From positions 11,263-75,262 of the forward strand of contig CALHMG010000046.1 of the NCBI GenBank assembly GCA_938034705.1: a stretch of 64,000 nucleotides of DNA, read 5' to 3'. Source of the stretch: an uncultured Gammaproteobacteria bacterium (lineage in GTDB: Bacteria; Pseudomonadota; Gammaproteobacteria; Arenicellales; CALHMG01). Position 1 is the first letter of the stretch, and every line of letters begins with the position of its first letter. A program made the translations under genes and the position numbers. The notes beneath the pieces were generated by a model. It was not told where the DNA came from, ran no database searches, and worked only from the letters and a program-made list of their open reading frames with translations. Of the stretch, positions 27,483 to 37,335 are shown piece after piece.

Positions 27483-28370
27483 TTACGGGCGCGAGGCCGC
27501 AAGCTCCGCTTCAAGGTCCGCAGCCCTTGAATCGAGCAGCTGATATTCAAGTTCAGCGAGCCGAGCTTCTTCAGTAAGAAGTTCGGCCTTTTTTCTGATT
27601 TCTGCAAACTGCTCAGGATCTACCTTCCCGCGAAAATCCTTAAAACGCTGGAAGTTTGCTGCGGCCTGTTCAGCCTCAACCTGTATCTCAACCGCAAAGT
27701 TCAGCGCTCGGCTCGCGAGTTCTCGTGCGTGAGCCACCTGTTCCTCGATCAACGGTTCGCCCTGTACGGGTGCAGAACCAATGCTCCCCGTGGTTGTAAC
27801 CGTCGAGTCATCCGAAGGAAACGCTTCGGGAACCGGTGCGCTTTCAAAACTTGCCGGATAATTTTCGTCTGTGGACTGGTCGTCGGGTTCCTCGGAGATG
27901 ACGACCTCAGGCGACAGCTGCGGTGACGGAACTTCGACGATAATTGCGGCGTCAACGATGTCCGACGTGATCGCATCGACAATACGATAGTCATATCCTT
28001 CTCGGGTATCCGTGTCGGTTCGCGCAGCTACGGCTTGGTGAAGCTCATTTTGAATTTCGCTGGAGAACTCGTTCAGTCGATGCCACGTCGCCTGAGCGCG
28101 GGCTGCGGCATCACGCAGACGAGCGGCGTGCGCAAGGCCTTCGTCGCGTTGTTCGATCGGCAGAAAGTAGATTTCGTCCATGGCCTGTTCCGCCATTTGT
28201 CGAAATCGCGTCGCAAATTCCAGCGCGGCGCCGGCCTCAAGACTCGCCCGCTCGGCGCGACGTTCAAGATCCGTCATTCGGTCAGTCGCTAGTGCGACAG
28301 TAACGTCACCCACAATGATCGCGACTGCCAGCAAAAGTTTAGCGATGTGCTTCACGGTTACCACGTACAC
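27483..28370 (-). CDS. hypothetical secreted/anchored coiled-coil protein with acidic central linker
   Basis: 295 aa with an N-terminal hydrophobic helix (IAKLLLAVAIIVGDV). It has two Ala/Glu/Arg-rich helical halves flanking a Pro/Ser/Asp/Glu linker. I recognise no family. Confidence 0.45.
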   Translation of the reverse strand: MYVVTVKHIAKLLLAVAIIVGDVTVALATDRMTDLERRAERASLEAGAALEFATRFRQMAEQAMDEIYFLPIEQRDEGLAHAARLRDAAARAQATWHRLNEFSSEIQNELHQAVAARTDTDTREGYDYRIVDAITSDIVDAAIIVEVPSPQLSPEVVISEEPDDQSTDENYPASFESAPVPEAFPSDDSTVTTTGSIGSAPVQGEPLIEEQVAHARELASRALNFAVEIQVEAEQAAANFQRFKDFRGKVDPEQFAEIRKKAELLTEEARLAELEYQLLDSRAADLEAELAASRP

Positions 28371-28591
28371 CCGGTATTGATCTCGTTTGTTCCCGCGTCA
28401 TCCACCTTCCCGTGAACGGCGCTCGGTTTACATCTCGTACTATCGTCCTCGGGACGCCCCTTGCAGGGGACACCTTCCGGTAACCCACCCAGTACTGTTT
28501 TCATACTAGTTAGCGCACAGTTCGGCTGGGGCCGGCTATCGGCTGTTTGGGACGCGCAGTCGCACTTGTTTTGAGGCACAACATTGGGGCG

Positions 28592-28626
28592 AAAAAAAAA
28601 CCCGCGCCAGTCGAAACTGACGCGGG
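28592..28626 (-). terminator. intrinsic terminator downstream of the enol-lactonase-like gene
   Basis: On the minus strand, CCCGCGTCAGT..ACTGGCGCGGG forms a hairpin followed by T9 (plus-strand A-run at 28592-28600). Confidence 0.65.
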
Positions 28627-28643
28627 TCTCGATGCCTGTCGTG

Positions 28644-29435
28644 TCAGGTATTGGCGCTAAGAAATCCGGTCAATGCCGCATTGAATTCGCCGGCCTTTTC
28701 CACATTTGAAATATGCGACGCGTCCTCGAGGATCACGAGATCCGAGTCCTGAATACGCTCATGGATCGCCTCGGATGCGGCCACGGGTGTGGCGCCGTCT
28801 TCACGACCAACGATGAGCAAAACCGGGTGAGAGATCTCCGGCAGTCGTTCGATAAAGTTAAGCCCCTTGATTGCTTCTACACAGCCAATGTACCCATCGA
28901 GGTCTGCACGCTGCATCTGGGCTCTGACGGCCTGAAATTCAGGCGAGTTGCCGGCGATGAATGGCGCGGTGAACCAGCGCTCCATCGTCATATCGAGAAT
29001 CGCTTCAAGACCCCCTTCCCTGATGATCTTGATTCGGTCATCCCAGGCTTCAATCGCCGGCGCTGGCATAACGCTGGCCGTATCGCAGAGCACCGCGGAC
29101 GTAAATCGATCGGGATACCGCAACAACAGACTCTGCCCGTACATTCCGCCGATCGACAGGCCAACCCAGTGCGCCTTCTCGATGCCCAGATGGTCCATGA
29201 CGCCAATGACGTCATCCGCAATCTGGTCGAGCGTATACGGTCCTGCAGGTGCATCACTGTCGCCATGGCCGCGCATATCGACACGGACGATTCGATAGGC
29301 AGACTCAAGGACCGCCATCTGCGGATCCCACATGCGAAGCGAACAGCCGAGAGAATGACCCATTACCACCGGATATCCATCCGGGTTACCGCTCTCTTCG
29401 ATGTTGATACCCACACCGTTCACGTTGATCTTCAT
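28644..29435 (-). CDS. alpha/beta hydrolase, 3-oxoadipate enol-lactonase (PcaD)-like
   Basis: 263 aa with HSLGCSLRMWDPQ...VRVDMRGHGDS...GLSIGGM. The layout is that of the PcaD family. No other pca genes are nearby, so the physiological substrate is unknown. Confidence 0.7.
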   Translation of the reverse strand: MKINVNGVGINIEESGNPDGYPVVMGHSLGCSLRMWDPQMAVLESAYRIVRVDMRGHGDSDAPAGPYTLDQIADDVIGVMDHLGIEKAHWVGLSIGGMYGQSLLLRYPDRFTSAVLCDTASVMPAPAIEAWDDRIKIIREGGLEAILDMTMERWFTAPFIAGNSPEFQAVRAQMQRADLDGYIGCVEAIKGLNFIERLPEISHPVLLIVGREDGATPVAASEAIHERIQDSDLVILEDASHISNVEKAGEFNAALTGFLSANT

Positions 29436-29462
29436 ACTTGTTCGCTCCCGAGCTTGGAGATG

Positions 29463-29996
29463 TCAGTCGACTGATTGAATCGACGCGTTGCTGTAAAAAC
29501 GCTGGTTGTGGAGGCGTTCATCCTCAGCCATTGGCGTGCGTGGACCCGGGATCCAGCGATCCGGATCAATCGCGGGAAAGCGTACCGCCGTCGGATCAGT
29601 CACGCGATCGGGCACCCACGTCACATCCAGTACGTGGCACAGCTCCAGCGCCGACTGGTAGAGCTGTCCACCACCTATAAACCACACCGGCTGCGTTGTT
29701 GCGCTGGCTGCCGCCGCTACCGACGTAAAGCACTCCACACCTTCAATCGTGCTTCTCGTGATCACCATGTTGCGCCGACCGGGCAGCGGTTTGCCGCCAA
29801 TGGATTCCCACGTGAGGCGACCCATGACGATCGCGCTGCCAAGCGTCATGCGTTTGAAACGCTTAAGGTCTTCTGAATAGTGCCAGGGCAGGTCACCGTT
29901 CACGCCGATGACGCGATCTTCGTTCATAGCGACAAATGCGCCGCGAAAATCGTTGTGGTCGTCGGCCGGAATATGCGACGGAATCGTAAAGCTCAA
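29463..29996 (-). CDS. folA: dihydrofolate reductase
   Basis: It has RVIGVNGDLPW, LKRFKRMTLGSAIVMGRLTWESIGGKPLPGRRNMVITR and VWFIGGGQLY. The first beta-strand (FRGAFVAM) lies upstream of the only nearby ATG, so I place the start at the TTG at 29994-29996, 4 nt after the thyA stop. The exact start is uncertain. Confidence 0.8.
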   Translation of the reverse strand: MSFTIPSHIPADDHNDFRGAFVAMNEDRVIGVNGDLPWHYSEDLKRFKRMTLGSAIVMGRLTWESIGGKPLPGRRNMVITRSTIEGVECFTSVAAAASATTQPVWFIGGGQLYQSALELCHVLDVTWVPDRVTDPTAVRFPAIDPDRWIPGPRTPMAEDERLHNQRFYSNASIQSVD

Positions 29997-30000
29997 TGGA

Positions 30001-30945
30001 TCAGACGGCGACTTTGAATGGAATGAACGAATACGGCTCGTAACCCGTAAGCTTGAACTTTTCCAGCAGCACATCGGTATCCGCCTCCAGCAACGCATGG
30101 ATATCGTCGAGACTTTTGATCGACGGATCGATCTCAAGCGTCGGTAACGCTTTGGGTGTTCGCTGAAGTTGATCCTGCAGACCGGGCACGTGATCGTATT
30201 CGGCCTGACTACCGTCAGGTTTCGCCGTGTACACGTGCGCGTCGACGAGCGTGTGCGCGAAGATTCCCGGTCTTATACCCGAAAAATGACTCAGCATGTG
30301 TAACAGGAACGCATAGCCCGCAATGTTATAGGGGACGCCAAGCGCGACGTCCGCGCTGCGCTGCGTCAGGTGCAGACAGAGCATTGGCTCACCGTCATCA
30401 TCAAGCTGCACGTTAACCATCCACAACGCGTGACACGGCGGCAGCGCGCTCGTGTGGGCGTTGCCTGGCGCCCATGCCGAGATGAGCATTCGGCGACTCA
30501 TGGGGTTGGTTTTCAGCTGTTCGACAACCCAGCCAACCTGATCGATGAATTCCGGTCGACCGTCAACGTGCACCGGGAAGTGACGCCAGAAGTTGCCGTA
30601 GGCGCTGGGCACCTTGCCATCGTCGTCAGCCCATGGATCCCAGAACTTGCAGCCATGCTTCTTCAGCAAACCGATATGGGTATCGCCGGAGAGAAACCAG
30701 AGATTTTCGACAACAATATTCTTCCATGAAATTTCCTTGGTCGTGAGAAGGGGAAAGCCTTCCGCCATGTCTATTTCATAGTTGATGTTGAATGTCGAAA
30801 GCGTGTCGATACCCGTGCGGTTAACCTTGCGGGTTCCTTTTTCAAGCACTTCGCGAACGGTGTCCAGATACTGTTGCACGATGGTTTTCTCGTCGATCGT
30901 CTGATCGGGGGAGTTTAACACTGGCAGACCATCTGCGGAGCACAC
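30001..30945 (-). CDS. thyA: thymidylate synthase (ThyA, long form)
   Basis: 314 aa with RTGIDTLS, RRMLISAWAPG, LPPCHALW (catalytic Cys) and QRSADVALGVPYNIAGYAFLLHM. Confidence 0.9.
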   Translation of the reverse strand: MCSADGLPVLNSPDQTIDEKTIVQQYLDTVREVLEKGTRKVNRTGIDTLSTFNINYEIDMAEGFPLLTTKEISWKNIVVENLWFLSGDTHIGLLKKHGCKFWDPWADDDGKVPSAYGNFWRHFPVHVDGRPEFIDQVGWVVEQLKTNPMSRRMLISAWAPGNAHTSALPPCHALWMVNVQLDDDGEPMLCLHLTQRSADVALGVPYNIAGYAFLLHMLSHFSGIRPGIFAHTLVDAHVYTAKPDGSQAEYDHVPGLQDQLQRTPKALPTLEIDPSIKSLDDIHALLEADTDVLLEKFKLTGYEPYSFIPFKVAV

Positions 30946-31033
30946 CGGCCGGCTGATCCGGATCGATGATCGTTTGACTATCGATTAATCGATACTTGAG
31001 AGGCGAGCCGCGCAGGATTCGTGCGGCGGTAGA

Positions 31034-32542
31034 TCAGTCTGTAGAGACGACCTTCAGGGGTTCTTCAAACCAGGTTTCGATTGCAATGCGTGCAACCCGA
31101 CCGGACTTCACCGTCCACTTTTCAATGTTGACGCAAAGCGCCGCGAAAGCGATGCGTTTGTCACCACGAACGGCGTAGCCGACAAACCAGTCGTTGCGTC
31201 CCTGAGGGTCGGCGCCTGTGAGCGTGCCGGTTTTGCCACCGACCTCGATATCAGAATTCTTGCCCTTGAAGAAACCGCGGAAAGGCTTTCGGGCCGAGCC
31301 GCGCTTCACGGTAGCCTGCATCAGTTCACGCATTTCGCTCGCCGTCTGGGATGAGATCGGCTGACCGGCCACTGACCACGTCGGCGAATAAACCAGTTCA
31401 CCCTGGTCGTCGTGCAGTGCCGAGACAAGATGCGGCTGCATCATAATGCCGTCATTGACGATGGCGGCTGCCATCATCGCACCATGAATCGGGCTGAGTT
31501 TGTTGTTCTGTGTAAATCCCGACGCCGCCTCGGCAAGCGCCCACTCGTCCTCGGGATCCAGCATCATCGCACTGGTTGGCACCGTGATATCCGCTTCGAG
31601 CGTCCGATTAAAGCCAAACTCTCGCGCGTAGTCGCTCAGCGCGGGCGCGCCAACCTGGAATACGCCGATACGGCCAAACACCGGATTGATTGATTTGGCG
31701 AAGGCTTCAACAAGCGTCGGCTTGCGAGTCCATTTGTTGTTTTTGTGTTTGAGCACGTTCTTGCGATACAGCGTCGTGCTTTTGCCGTTAAAGGGAATGA
31801 CGGTGCCGGGCGAAAGAATGTCCTGATCAAGGCCGGCCGCCGCCGTCACAATTTTAAAAACCGATGCTGCAGGAAAGCTCGCGCGAACCGCCAGGTTGCC
31901 AAGATTCTGATCGCCTTTGGTAAAGCTTGTCATCGCGAGAATGCGACCGGACTCCGGATCCAGCGCAACGAACGTGCCGTAGTCGGGCTTGTATCGTTCA
32001 AACACCCGTTCGGCGGTTGCCTGCAGCGCAGGATCAAACGAGTACTCCACGACCGTGTCGATCTGTTCTTTGCCACGTGTTACGGCGAGGCGCGCGGGGT
32101 AAACGTTTCTCGACACCGGCTCCGTAAGAATTTCCGCCAGCTGTCCTGCGGTGACGGGTGGCGGCGGGGGCTCAACGGGCGTGACCTTCGCGGTCGTCAC
32201 GGCTGACTTTACCGAACCCGTCAACGCGGCAAACCCGCTCTGCGCTCCACCGGCAAACCCCTTGAAATAGCCGTTGTGGCCAAGCCAGACAATACCGCCA
32301 ACCAGCGCTACCACGAGGCCAAGCTTCATAACGCGACCACCGCGTCGTGCGGGAGCCGGTTTCAGCTTGGCTGACAGTGACGGTGCGAAATCAAGGCTTG
32401 TTGTTTTGGCGACCGGCTTCGAACGCATACCGCGCCAGAGCGCGCGTTCACGCTTTTTACGTGACTTCTGGTTTGGATACAGGTCGTCAAGTTGAGTTCG
32501 GCGCATCAAGTCGTTGGGGCAGATAGTTCGGGATCGGGACAT
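31034..32542 (-). CDS. penicillin-binding protein, transpeptidase-domain (class B-like/monofunctional)
   Basis: 502 aa with a basic cytoplasmic N-terminus and one TM helix. It has SxxK (SVFK), SxN (SIN) and KTG (KTGT) motifs in the canonical order. Confidence 0.8.
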   Translation of the reverse strand: MSRSRTICPNDLMRRTQLDDLYPNQKSRKKRERALWRGMRSKPVAKTTSLDFAPSLSAKLKPAPARRGGRVMKLGLVVALVGGIVWLGHNGYFKGFAGGAQSGFAALTGSVKSAVTTAKVTPVEPPPPPVTAGQLAEILTEPVSRNVYPARLAVTRGKEQIDTVVEYSFDPALQATAERVFERYKPDYGTFVALDPESGRILAMTSFTKGDQNLGNLAVRASFPAASVFKIVTAAAGLDQDILSPGTVIPFNGKSTTLYRKNVLKHKNNKWTRKPTLVEAFAKSINPVFGRIGVFQVGAPALSDYAREFGFNRTLEADITVPTSAMMLDPEDEWALAEAASGFTQNNKLSPIHGAMMAAAIVNDGIMMQPHLVSALHDDQGELVYSPTWSVAGQPISSQTASEMRELMQATVKRGSARKPFRGFFKGKNSDIEVGGKTGTLTGADPQGRNDWFVGYAVRGDKRIAFAALCVNIEKWTVKSGRVARIAIETWFEEPLKVVSTD

Positions 32543-32598
32543 CGATGTGCTTAAGTGTAATCGGTGTAAGGTAGATTACGAGCCGTTCTGGAGTTTTC

Positions 32599-33450
32599 TC
32601 AGGCTCGATTTTTCATCAATACACGAATGGCACCATCCGCCAGATTGATGGAAAACCCGTCCGAAAAGTCGTCCCCGTCGCGGAAAAGTCGGCCGAATTC
32701 GACCGACCGCTGTCCCGGGTTCAGATATCTGAATGGCACGTTACGCCCGGCCATAAGGCTTAGAAAACGCGTTGCGTGGCCGACACGCCATGTCGGGAAA
32801 ACCCGATAGTCAGCAGGGACCGGCGATCGGTGCCACAGGCCCCGGTCCGTGATCACGTCGTTGTCCAGTGCCGACACCGGATCTGTCGACTGTGGCCCAC
32901 ACACAAGCATTACGCCTTTGCGTGCAATCCGGTCTTCGAGCGCAGCTTCGGTATCCCCGGACTCGATCTGAATCTCGGCGCTCGCGCGAACGGGCCCGGT
33001 GTCCATGCGGTCTGCAAGATCATGAACGGACACCGGGATCACGCTGTAGCCGGCGCGCAACTGCCAGAACAAAGGATCCGGACCACGCCATGCAGGCAGT
33101 CGTGACGGGTGGATGTTCAAACAGCGTGACGCAACGGCCTTCAGGGTATTGACGGGTAACCGCCACGGAAAGCACGACGACAGCGCGATATCGGCGCGGA
33201 TGGACTTGAGTTCGTCGATCACGTCCGAGGGTTCACTGACCCCGCGAAACGTGACACCCAGCTTGCGCGCCATCGCCTCGAGCCCCGACGTTGCTCGCAC
33301 CGCCATGATGTCGCGATCAGAACTGATGGCTCTGGAAACCACACCGACAACCGTGACGTTAAGCCCAAGCTCAACAAGCTGCGCCAAAGCGGCGGTGGAA
33401 CCCGCACCGTTAGCCCCGAACAGCAGTACATCACAACGAACAAAATTCAC
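32599..33450 (-). CDS. formyltransferase-family protein (Fmt N-terminal-domain-like)
   Basis: 283 aa with a GTG start overlapping the TauE stop. CLNIHPSRLPAWRGPDPLFW corresponds to the HPS-LP-.RG formyltransferase active-site motif. Confidence 0.65.
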   Translation of the reverse strand: MNFVRCDVLLFGANGAGSTAALAQLVELGLNVTVVGVVSRAISSDRDIMAVRATSGLEAMARKLGVTFRGVSEPSDVIDELKSIRADIALSSCFPWRLPVNTLKAVASRCLNIHPSRLPAWRGPDPLFWQLRAGYSVIPVSVHDLADRMDTGPVRASAEIQIESGDTEAALEDRIARKGVMLVCGPQSTDPVSALDNDVITDRGLWHRSPVPADYRVFPTWRVGHATRFLSLMAGRNVPFRYLNPGQRSVEFGRLFRDGDDFSDGFSINLADGAIRVLMKNRA

Positions 33451-34202
33451 TGAACGAGTCCGTCAAACAGAAGCTTGCAGCCCGTCAGCAACAAAAAGAT
33501 AAAGCAGATCCGGTAGAAGCGGTCGACGGGGACACGATCGTGAAGCTTTATCCCGGCATAAAGTCCGAGTAAGGCGACAGGCAGACACGCCACTGACGTC
33601 GCCAGCGTTGTGGTGGAGAACAGACCCAGCATCCAGAACGGCGCGATCTTCAGATAGTTGATCAGGATGAAGAAAACGACCGTCGTGGCCTGATACACCG
33701 TCTTGTCGAGTTTCAGAGGCAACAGCCAGGCGTTGGCAGCCGGCCCTCCGGCGTTCGCTGTAAAGCTCGTAAATCCCGACAGGGCCCCCCAGAAAATGCC
33801 AGCCGAGGTCCGTGGGCGTTTTGCCGCCAGCGACGTGGATTTTCTGGTGAGGAAAAATTGCAGAGAAAAAAACACCGCAACAACACCAACCAGCACCTTG
33901 ATGTGTTCCGATGACAGCTGCCGCAACAGAACTGCCCCAAGCGCGGTTCCGATGATGCCGCCAACTACCAGCACGGGCACGAGTTTGCGATCCCATTTAC
34001 CGCGATAAGCCCACGTCCCGAACAGATCCATCACACACAGCACGGGCAACAAAATTCCAAGCGCAAGCGTTGGGGAAATTGCGAGCGTCATCGCCGGCAC
34101 CGCGATCGCACCCAGACCACCACCGAAGCCGCCTTTGGAGATCCCGACAACAAACAACGCCGGGACGGCGAAAACGTAGAACCAGATATCGGTGATGGGC
34201 AA
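33447..34202 (-). CDS. TauE/SafE family sulfite/anion exporter
   Basis: 251 aa with ~7-8 TM helices and a GISKGGFGGGLG motif. Confidence 0.75.
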   Translation of the reverse strand: MPITDIWFYVFAVPALFVVGISKGGFGGGLGAIAVPAMTLAISPTLALGILLPVLCVMDLFGTWAYRGKWDRKLVPVLVVGGIIGTALGAVLLRQLSSEHIKVLVGVVAVFFSLQFFLTRKSTSLAAKRPRTSAGIFWGALSGFTSFTANAGGPAANAWLLPLKLDKTVYQATTVVFFILINYLKIAPFWMLGLFSTTTLATSVACLPVALLGLYAGIKLHDRVPVDRFYRICFIFLLLTGCKLLFDGLVQ

Positions 34203-34237
34203 GGTAGACTTCCTCTTCTGCCGCCCGCAGCATACCG

Positions 34238-35728
34238 CTATTTTGTGGCGTCAGGTTTTGGCGCTTTTATTTTTTCATACGCTTCAAGCGCTCGCATTCG
34301 CGCCATGGCGTGACTGACGACAGGTTCTGGATAGTCTTTGCCGAGCACCACGCCGCATGCTTCGAGCACTTCAGGTGGTGCCACCCAGGGCTCGTGAATA
34401 TATTTGTCCGGGAGACTCGCTATCTCTGGAACCCATTTGCGAACGTAGGCAGCCGACGGATCGAACTTCTTGCCTTGCGTCACCGGATTAAAGACTCTGA
34501 AATACGGTGCCGCATCGGCGCCGGAACCTGCGACCCATTGCCAGCCGGCGGCGTTGTTGGGGAGATCGGCATCAACCAGTGTGTCCCAGAACCATTTCTC
34601 TCCTTCGCGCCAGTGGATCATGAGATCCTTGATCAGGAATGACGCGGCGATCATTCTCACGCGATTGTGCATCCAGCCGATATGCCACAGCTGCCGCATC
34701 CCGGCATCGACGATGGGATAGCCTGTCATTCCGCTGCACCACGCCTGCAGGCCGGCCTTGTCCTTGCGCCACTTGAAGTTGTCGAACTGTGGTTTCAGAT
34801 TTTTGTGTGGCAAATCTGGATGATGAAAGAGCAGGTTGTAGCAGAACTCGCGCCACGCAATCTCCCGCAGAAACGCCATCGCGTCTTCTCGCCGTTTTGC
34901 CGACCGCCCGATCGCGTCATGTGTGCGCCACCAGACTTCCAGCGGGCTGATATCGCCGAAATGCAGATGCGCGGACAGACCTGACGTCATGTCCTTGTCC
35001 GGGCGATCACGGCCTTCGTCGTAGCCACCGACGACCTCTTTGAAAAATCGCTCAAGCCTGGCGTCGGCGCCGTCTTCACCTGGCGTCCAGTACTCCCGAA
35101 ATCCTGCGGCCCAGTCCGGCTTCGACGGCAGAAGATCAAGATCGTCGAGACTCAGACTCGTCAGTGTTGCGCGGCTTGCCCTGATTTTGGTCGGCGCTGC
35201 CAGTGGCTTGTCCTGAACGCCGGTCTTCAGCAGAGATTTCCAGAAAGGAGTAAACACGCCGTAATGCTTGCCCTGGCCGGTTTTCAGCTCCCACGGTTCT
35301 TTGATCAGCGACCCCTTGAAGCTCTCGGCATTCACCTCGAGTTCTGTCAGCGCACTTTTGATTGCCGTGTCTCGCGCAATTGCAAAAGGCTCGTAGCAAC
35401 GGTTCCAGTAGACTGCATCGGCGCCGGTTTCGCGAACAAGATCCGGAATCACCACGGCGGCATCACCCCGGGCAAGGATGAGTTGAGCCCCGGCCTTTTT
35501 CAGATTTTTGCCAAGACATTTCAGTGAGCCATGCAGCCACCATCGACCGGCTCCTCCGATCGACCAGTCCTGTCTGCCTCGCGTCTTGGCTGGACTGATG
35601 TCATCGAGCACATACACGGGCACGACAGCGGCTCCGCTGTCGATGGCAGCCTGCAGCGCAGGATTGTCCGAAAGACGCAGATCCTGACGAAACCATACAA
35701 TCGCCGTTTTGTTGCTTTTTGAATTCAT
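34238..35728 (-). CDS. phrB: deoxyribodipyrimidine photolyase (CPD class I)
   Basis: 496 aa from the ATG at 35726-35728 (MNSKSNKTAIVWFRQDLRLSDNPAL). The C-terminal part has WREF, GYPIVDAGMRQL..GWMHNRVRMIAASFL and NNAAGWQWVAGSGADAAPYFRVFNP. Confidence 0.9.
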   Translation of the reverse strand: MNSKSNKTAIVWFRQDLRLSDNPALQAAIDSGAAVVPVYVLDDISPAKTRGRQDWSIGGAGRWWLHGSLKCLGKNLKKAGAQLILARGDAAVVIPDLVRETGADAVYWNRCYEPFAIARDTAIKSALTELEVNAESFKGSLIKEPWELKTGQGKHYGVFTPFWKSLLKTGVQDKPLAAPTKIRASRATLTSLSLDDLDLLPSKPDWAAGFREYWTPGEDGADARLERFFKEVVGGYDEGRDRPDKDMTSGLSAHLHFGDISPLEVWWRTHDAIGRSAKRREDAMAFLREIAWREFCYNLLFHHPDLPHKNLKPQFDNFKWRKDKAGLQAWCSGMTGYPIVDAGMRQLWHIGWMHNRVRMIAASFLIKDLMIHWREGEKWFWDTLVDADLPNNAAGWQWVAGSGADAAPYFRVFNPVTQGKKFDPSAAYVRKWVPEIASLPDKYIHEPWVAPPEVLEACGVVLGKDYPEPVVSHAMARMRALEAYEKIKAPKPDATK

Positions 35729-35898
35729 AGAGGTCAGATCACACAGGAACCAGTGGCACACTGGTGCGGGAATGCTGGAATCGGGGCGCGCAGGGATTTT
35801 ATACTGTACCAGTCCAGCCCATACATCTTATACGTCGAGCGTGACGATTCGGTTCTTTGCCAGTCTGGCAACTCACACTCTGGAGCTTCGAGCCTCTT

Positions 35899-36588
35899 AT
35901 GACCACATTCGCAATTACACCACCGGCCACACCAACTCTCTCTGTCACCGATAGCGATGATCTGTTTCCGGTCCGACGTGTGTACTGCGTTGGCCGCAAC
36001 TACGCGGCTCACGCAATTGAGATGGGTCACGACCCGGATCGTGAAGACCCGTTCTTCTTTCAGAAAAATCCAGACAACCTTGTCTGCGGCGCCACACAGT
36101 TCCCCTACCCGGCCCAGTCCGCCGACGTACATCATGAAATCGAGATGATCGTCGCGCTGCAAAGCGGCGGAACCGATATCGCGATAGCAGATTCCATGAA
36201 CCACGTCTGGGGTTACGGCGTCGGGCTCGACATGACCCGGCGAGATCTGCAGGGACAGATGAAAAAAGCCGGACGCCCCTGGGAAATTGGCAAAGCGTTT
36301 GAGGATTCAGCACCCTGCACGCCACTTGTCCCGGCTAGCACGCTCGGTCACCCGGAGGCCGGACTGGTCTGGCTGGACGTCAACGGCGTGCGCAAACAGG
36401 AAGGTGACCTGAATCAGATGATCTGGAAGATTCCGGAAATGATCAGCTACCTGTCGGGGCTTTTCGAACTCGCCGCCGGCGATGTGATCATGACGGGCAC
36501 GCCGTCAGGTGTCGGGCCTGTCGAGCGCGGCGATACCATGACAGGCGGCGTTGAGGGCGTGGGTGAATTCAGCATCAAGGTGGTCTGA
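35899..36588 (+). CDS. fumarylacetoacetate hydrolase (FAH) family protein
   Basis: 229 aa from the ATG at 35899. It has VYCVGRNYAAHA, HHEIEMIVAL and DVIMTGTPSGVGPV. Confidence 0.85.
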   Translation: MTTFAITPPATPTLSVTDSDDLFPVRRVYCVGRNYAAHAIEMGHDPDREDPFFFQKNPDNLVCGATQFPYPAQSADVHHEIEMIVALQSGGTDIAIADSMNHVWGYGVGLDMTRRDLQGQMKKAGRPWEIGKAFEDSAPCTPLVPASTLGHPEAGLVWLDVNGVRKQEGDLNQMIWKIPEMISYLSGLFELAAGDVIMTGTPSGVGPVERGDTMTGGVEGVGEFSIKVV

Positions 36589-36696
36589 ACTCTCGCGGGC
36601 AGCGACTCGCCAGACACGGGCTGGACTGAACCCGACCAGGCACGGACAGGAGCCGGCCTGGTTGAGATCAATCACCCGGTCGAGAGCACTGACGAA

Positions 36697-37335
36697 CTAG
36701 ATCTGTGGAATCTGCTGATCCGTTTCAGGCACGTTCCATCCACGCGCAATAGCCGGACGCGCAGCGATGGTTCTGAACCAGCGTGCTACGTTAGTAAATT
36801 CACCAGCAACGTCTACCTCGTGCCACTCGTGACGGGCAGCCCAGGGCCACGCCGCCATGTCGGCGATGGAATAGTCGCTGCCGTTGATCCATTCGTTATC
36901 GGCGAGTCTTCGATCAAGTACGCCGTACAGACGTTTGCACTCCGTGGCGTATCGCTCTTCAGCGTATTCACTTTTGCCCTTGTTGAATTTGAGAAAGTGA
37001 TGCGCCTGACCCAGCATCGGACCAAAGCCCCCCATCTGCCACATGAGCCACTCAATAGTCTTCCACCGTGCCTCGCCAGACGCTGGCAGAAACTTGCCCG
37101 TCTTCTCCGCGAGGTAATGCATGATCGCGCCCGTTTCCATCAGCGTCATACCGTTGTCGTTGTCCACAATCGCCGGGATGCGATTGTTCGGTGCGATTTT
37201 CAGGAAGTCCGGCTGAAACTGTTCGTCCTTGGAAATATTGATGGGATGAAAATTGTATTCAAGCTCCATCTCTTCAAGACAGATTGAAACCTTGCGTCCG
37301 TTCGGGGTGCCCCAGCTGTAGAGTTCAATACTCAT
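36697..37335 (-). CDS. glutathione S-transferase (YfcG/Nu-class-like)
   Basis: 212 aa. YSWGTPNGRKVSICLEEM...NNRIPAIVD is the thioredoxin-fold N-domain typical of YfcG-like GSTs. Confidence 0.8.
   Translation of the reverse strand: MSIELYSWGTPNGRKVSICLEEMELEYNFHPINISKDEQFQPDFLKIAPNNRIPAIVDNDNGMTLMETGAIMHYLAEKTGKFLPASGEARWKTIEWLMWQMGGFGPMLGQAHHFLKFNKGKSEYAEERYATECKRLYGVLDRRLADNEWINGSDYSIADMAAWPWAARHEWHEVDVAGEFTNVARWFRTIAARPAIARGWNVPETDQQIPQI

Noticed and set aside
28371-28591. Possible known riboswitch or SRP (4.5S) RNA in the leader of the coiled-coil gene (CCGGAAGG.. and GATGACGCG strings; GCGCACAG...GGGACGC on the other strand resembles bits of GEMM-I).
   Set aside because: The surrounding conserved cores are missing (GGAAGCAGCC of SRP RNA; GGCAAACC / CAAAGCC of the c-di-GMP-I riboswitch). 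I also could not fit TPP, glycine, cobalamin, ZTP or fluoride consensus elements. It is kept only as an unclassified structured leader.
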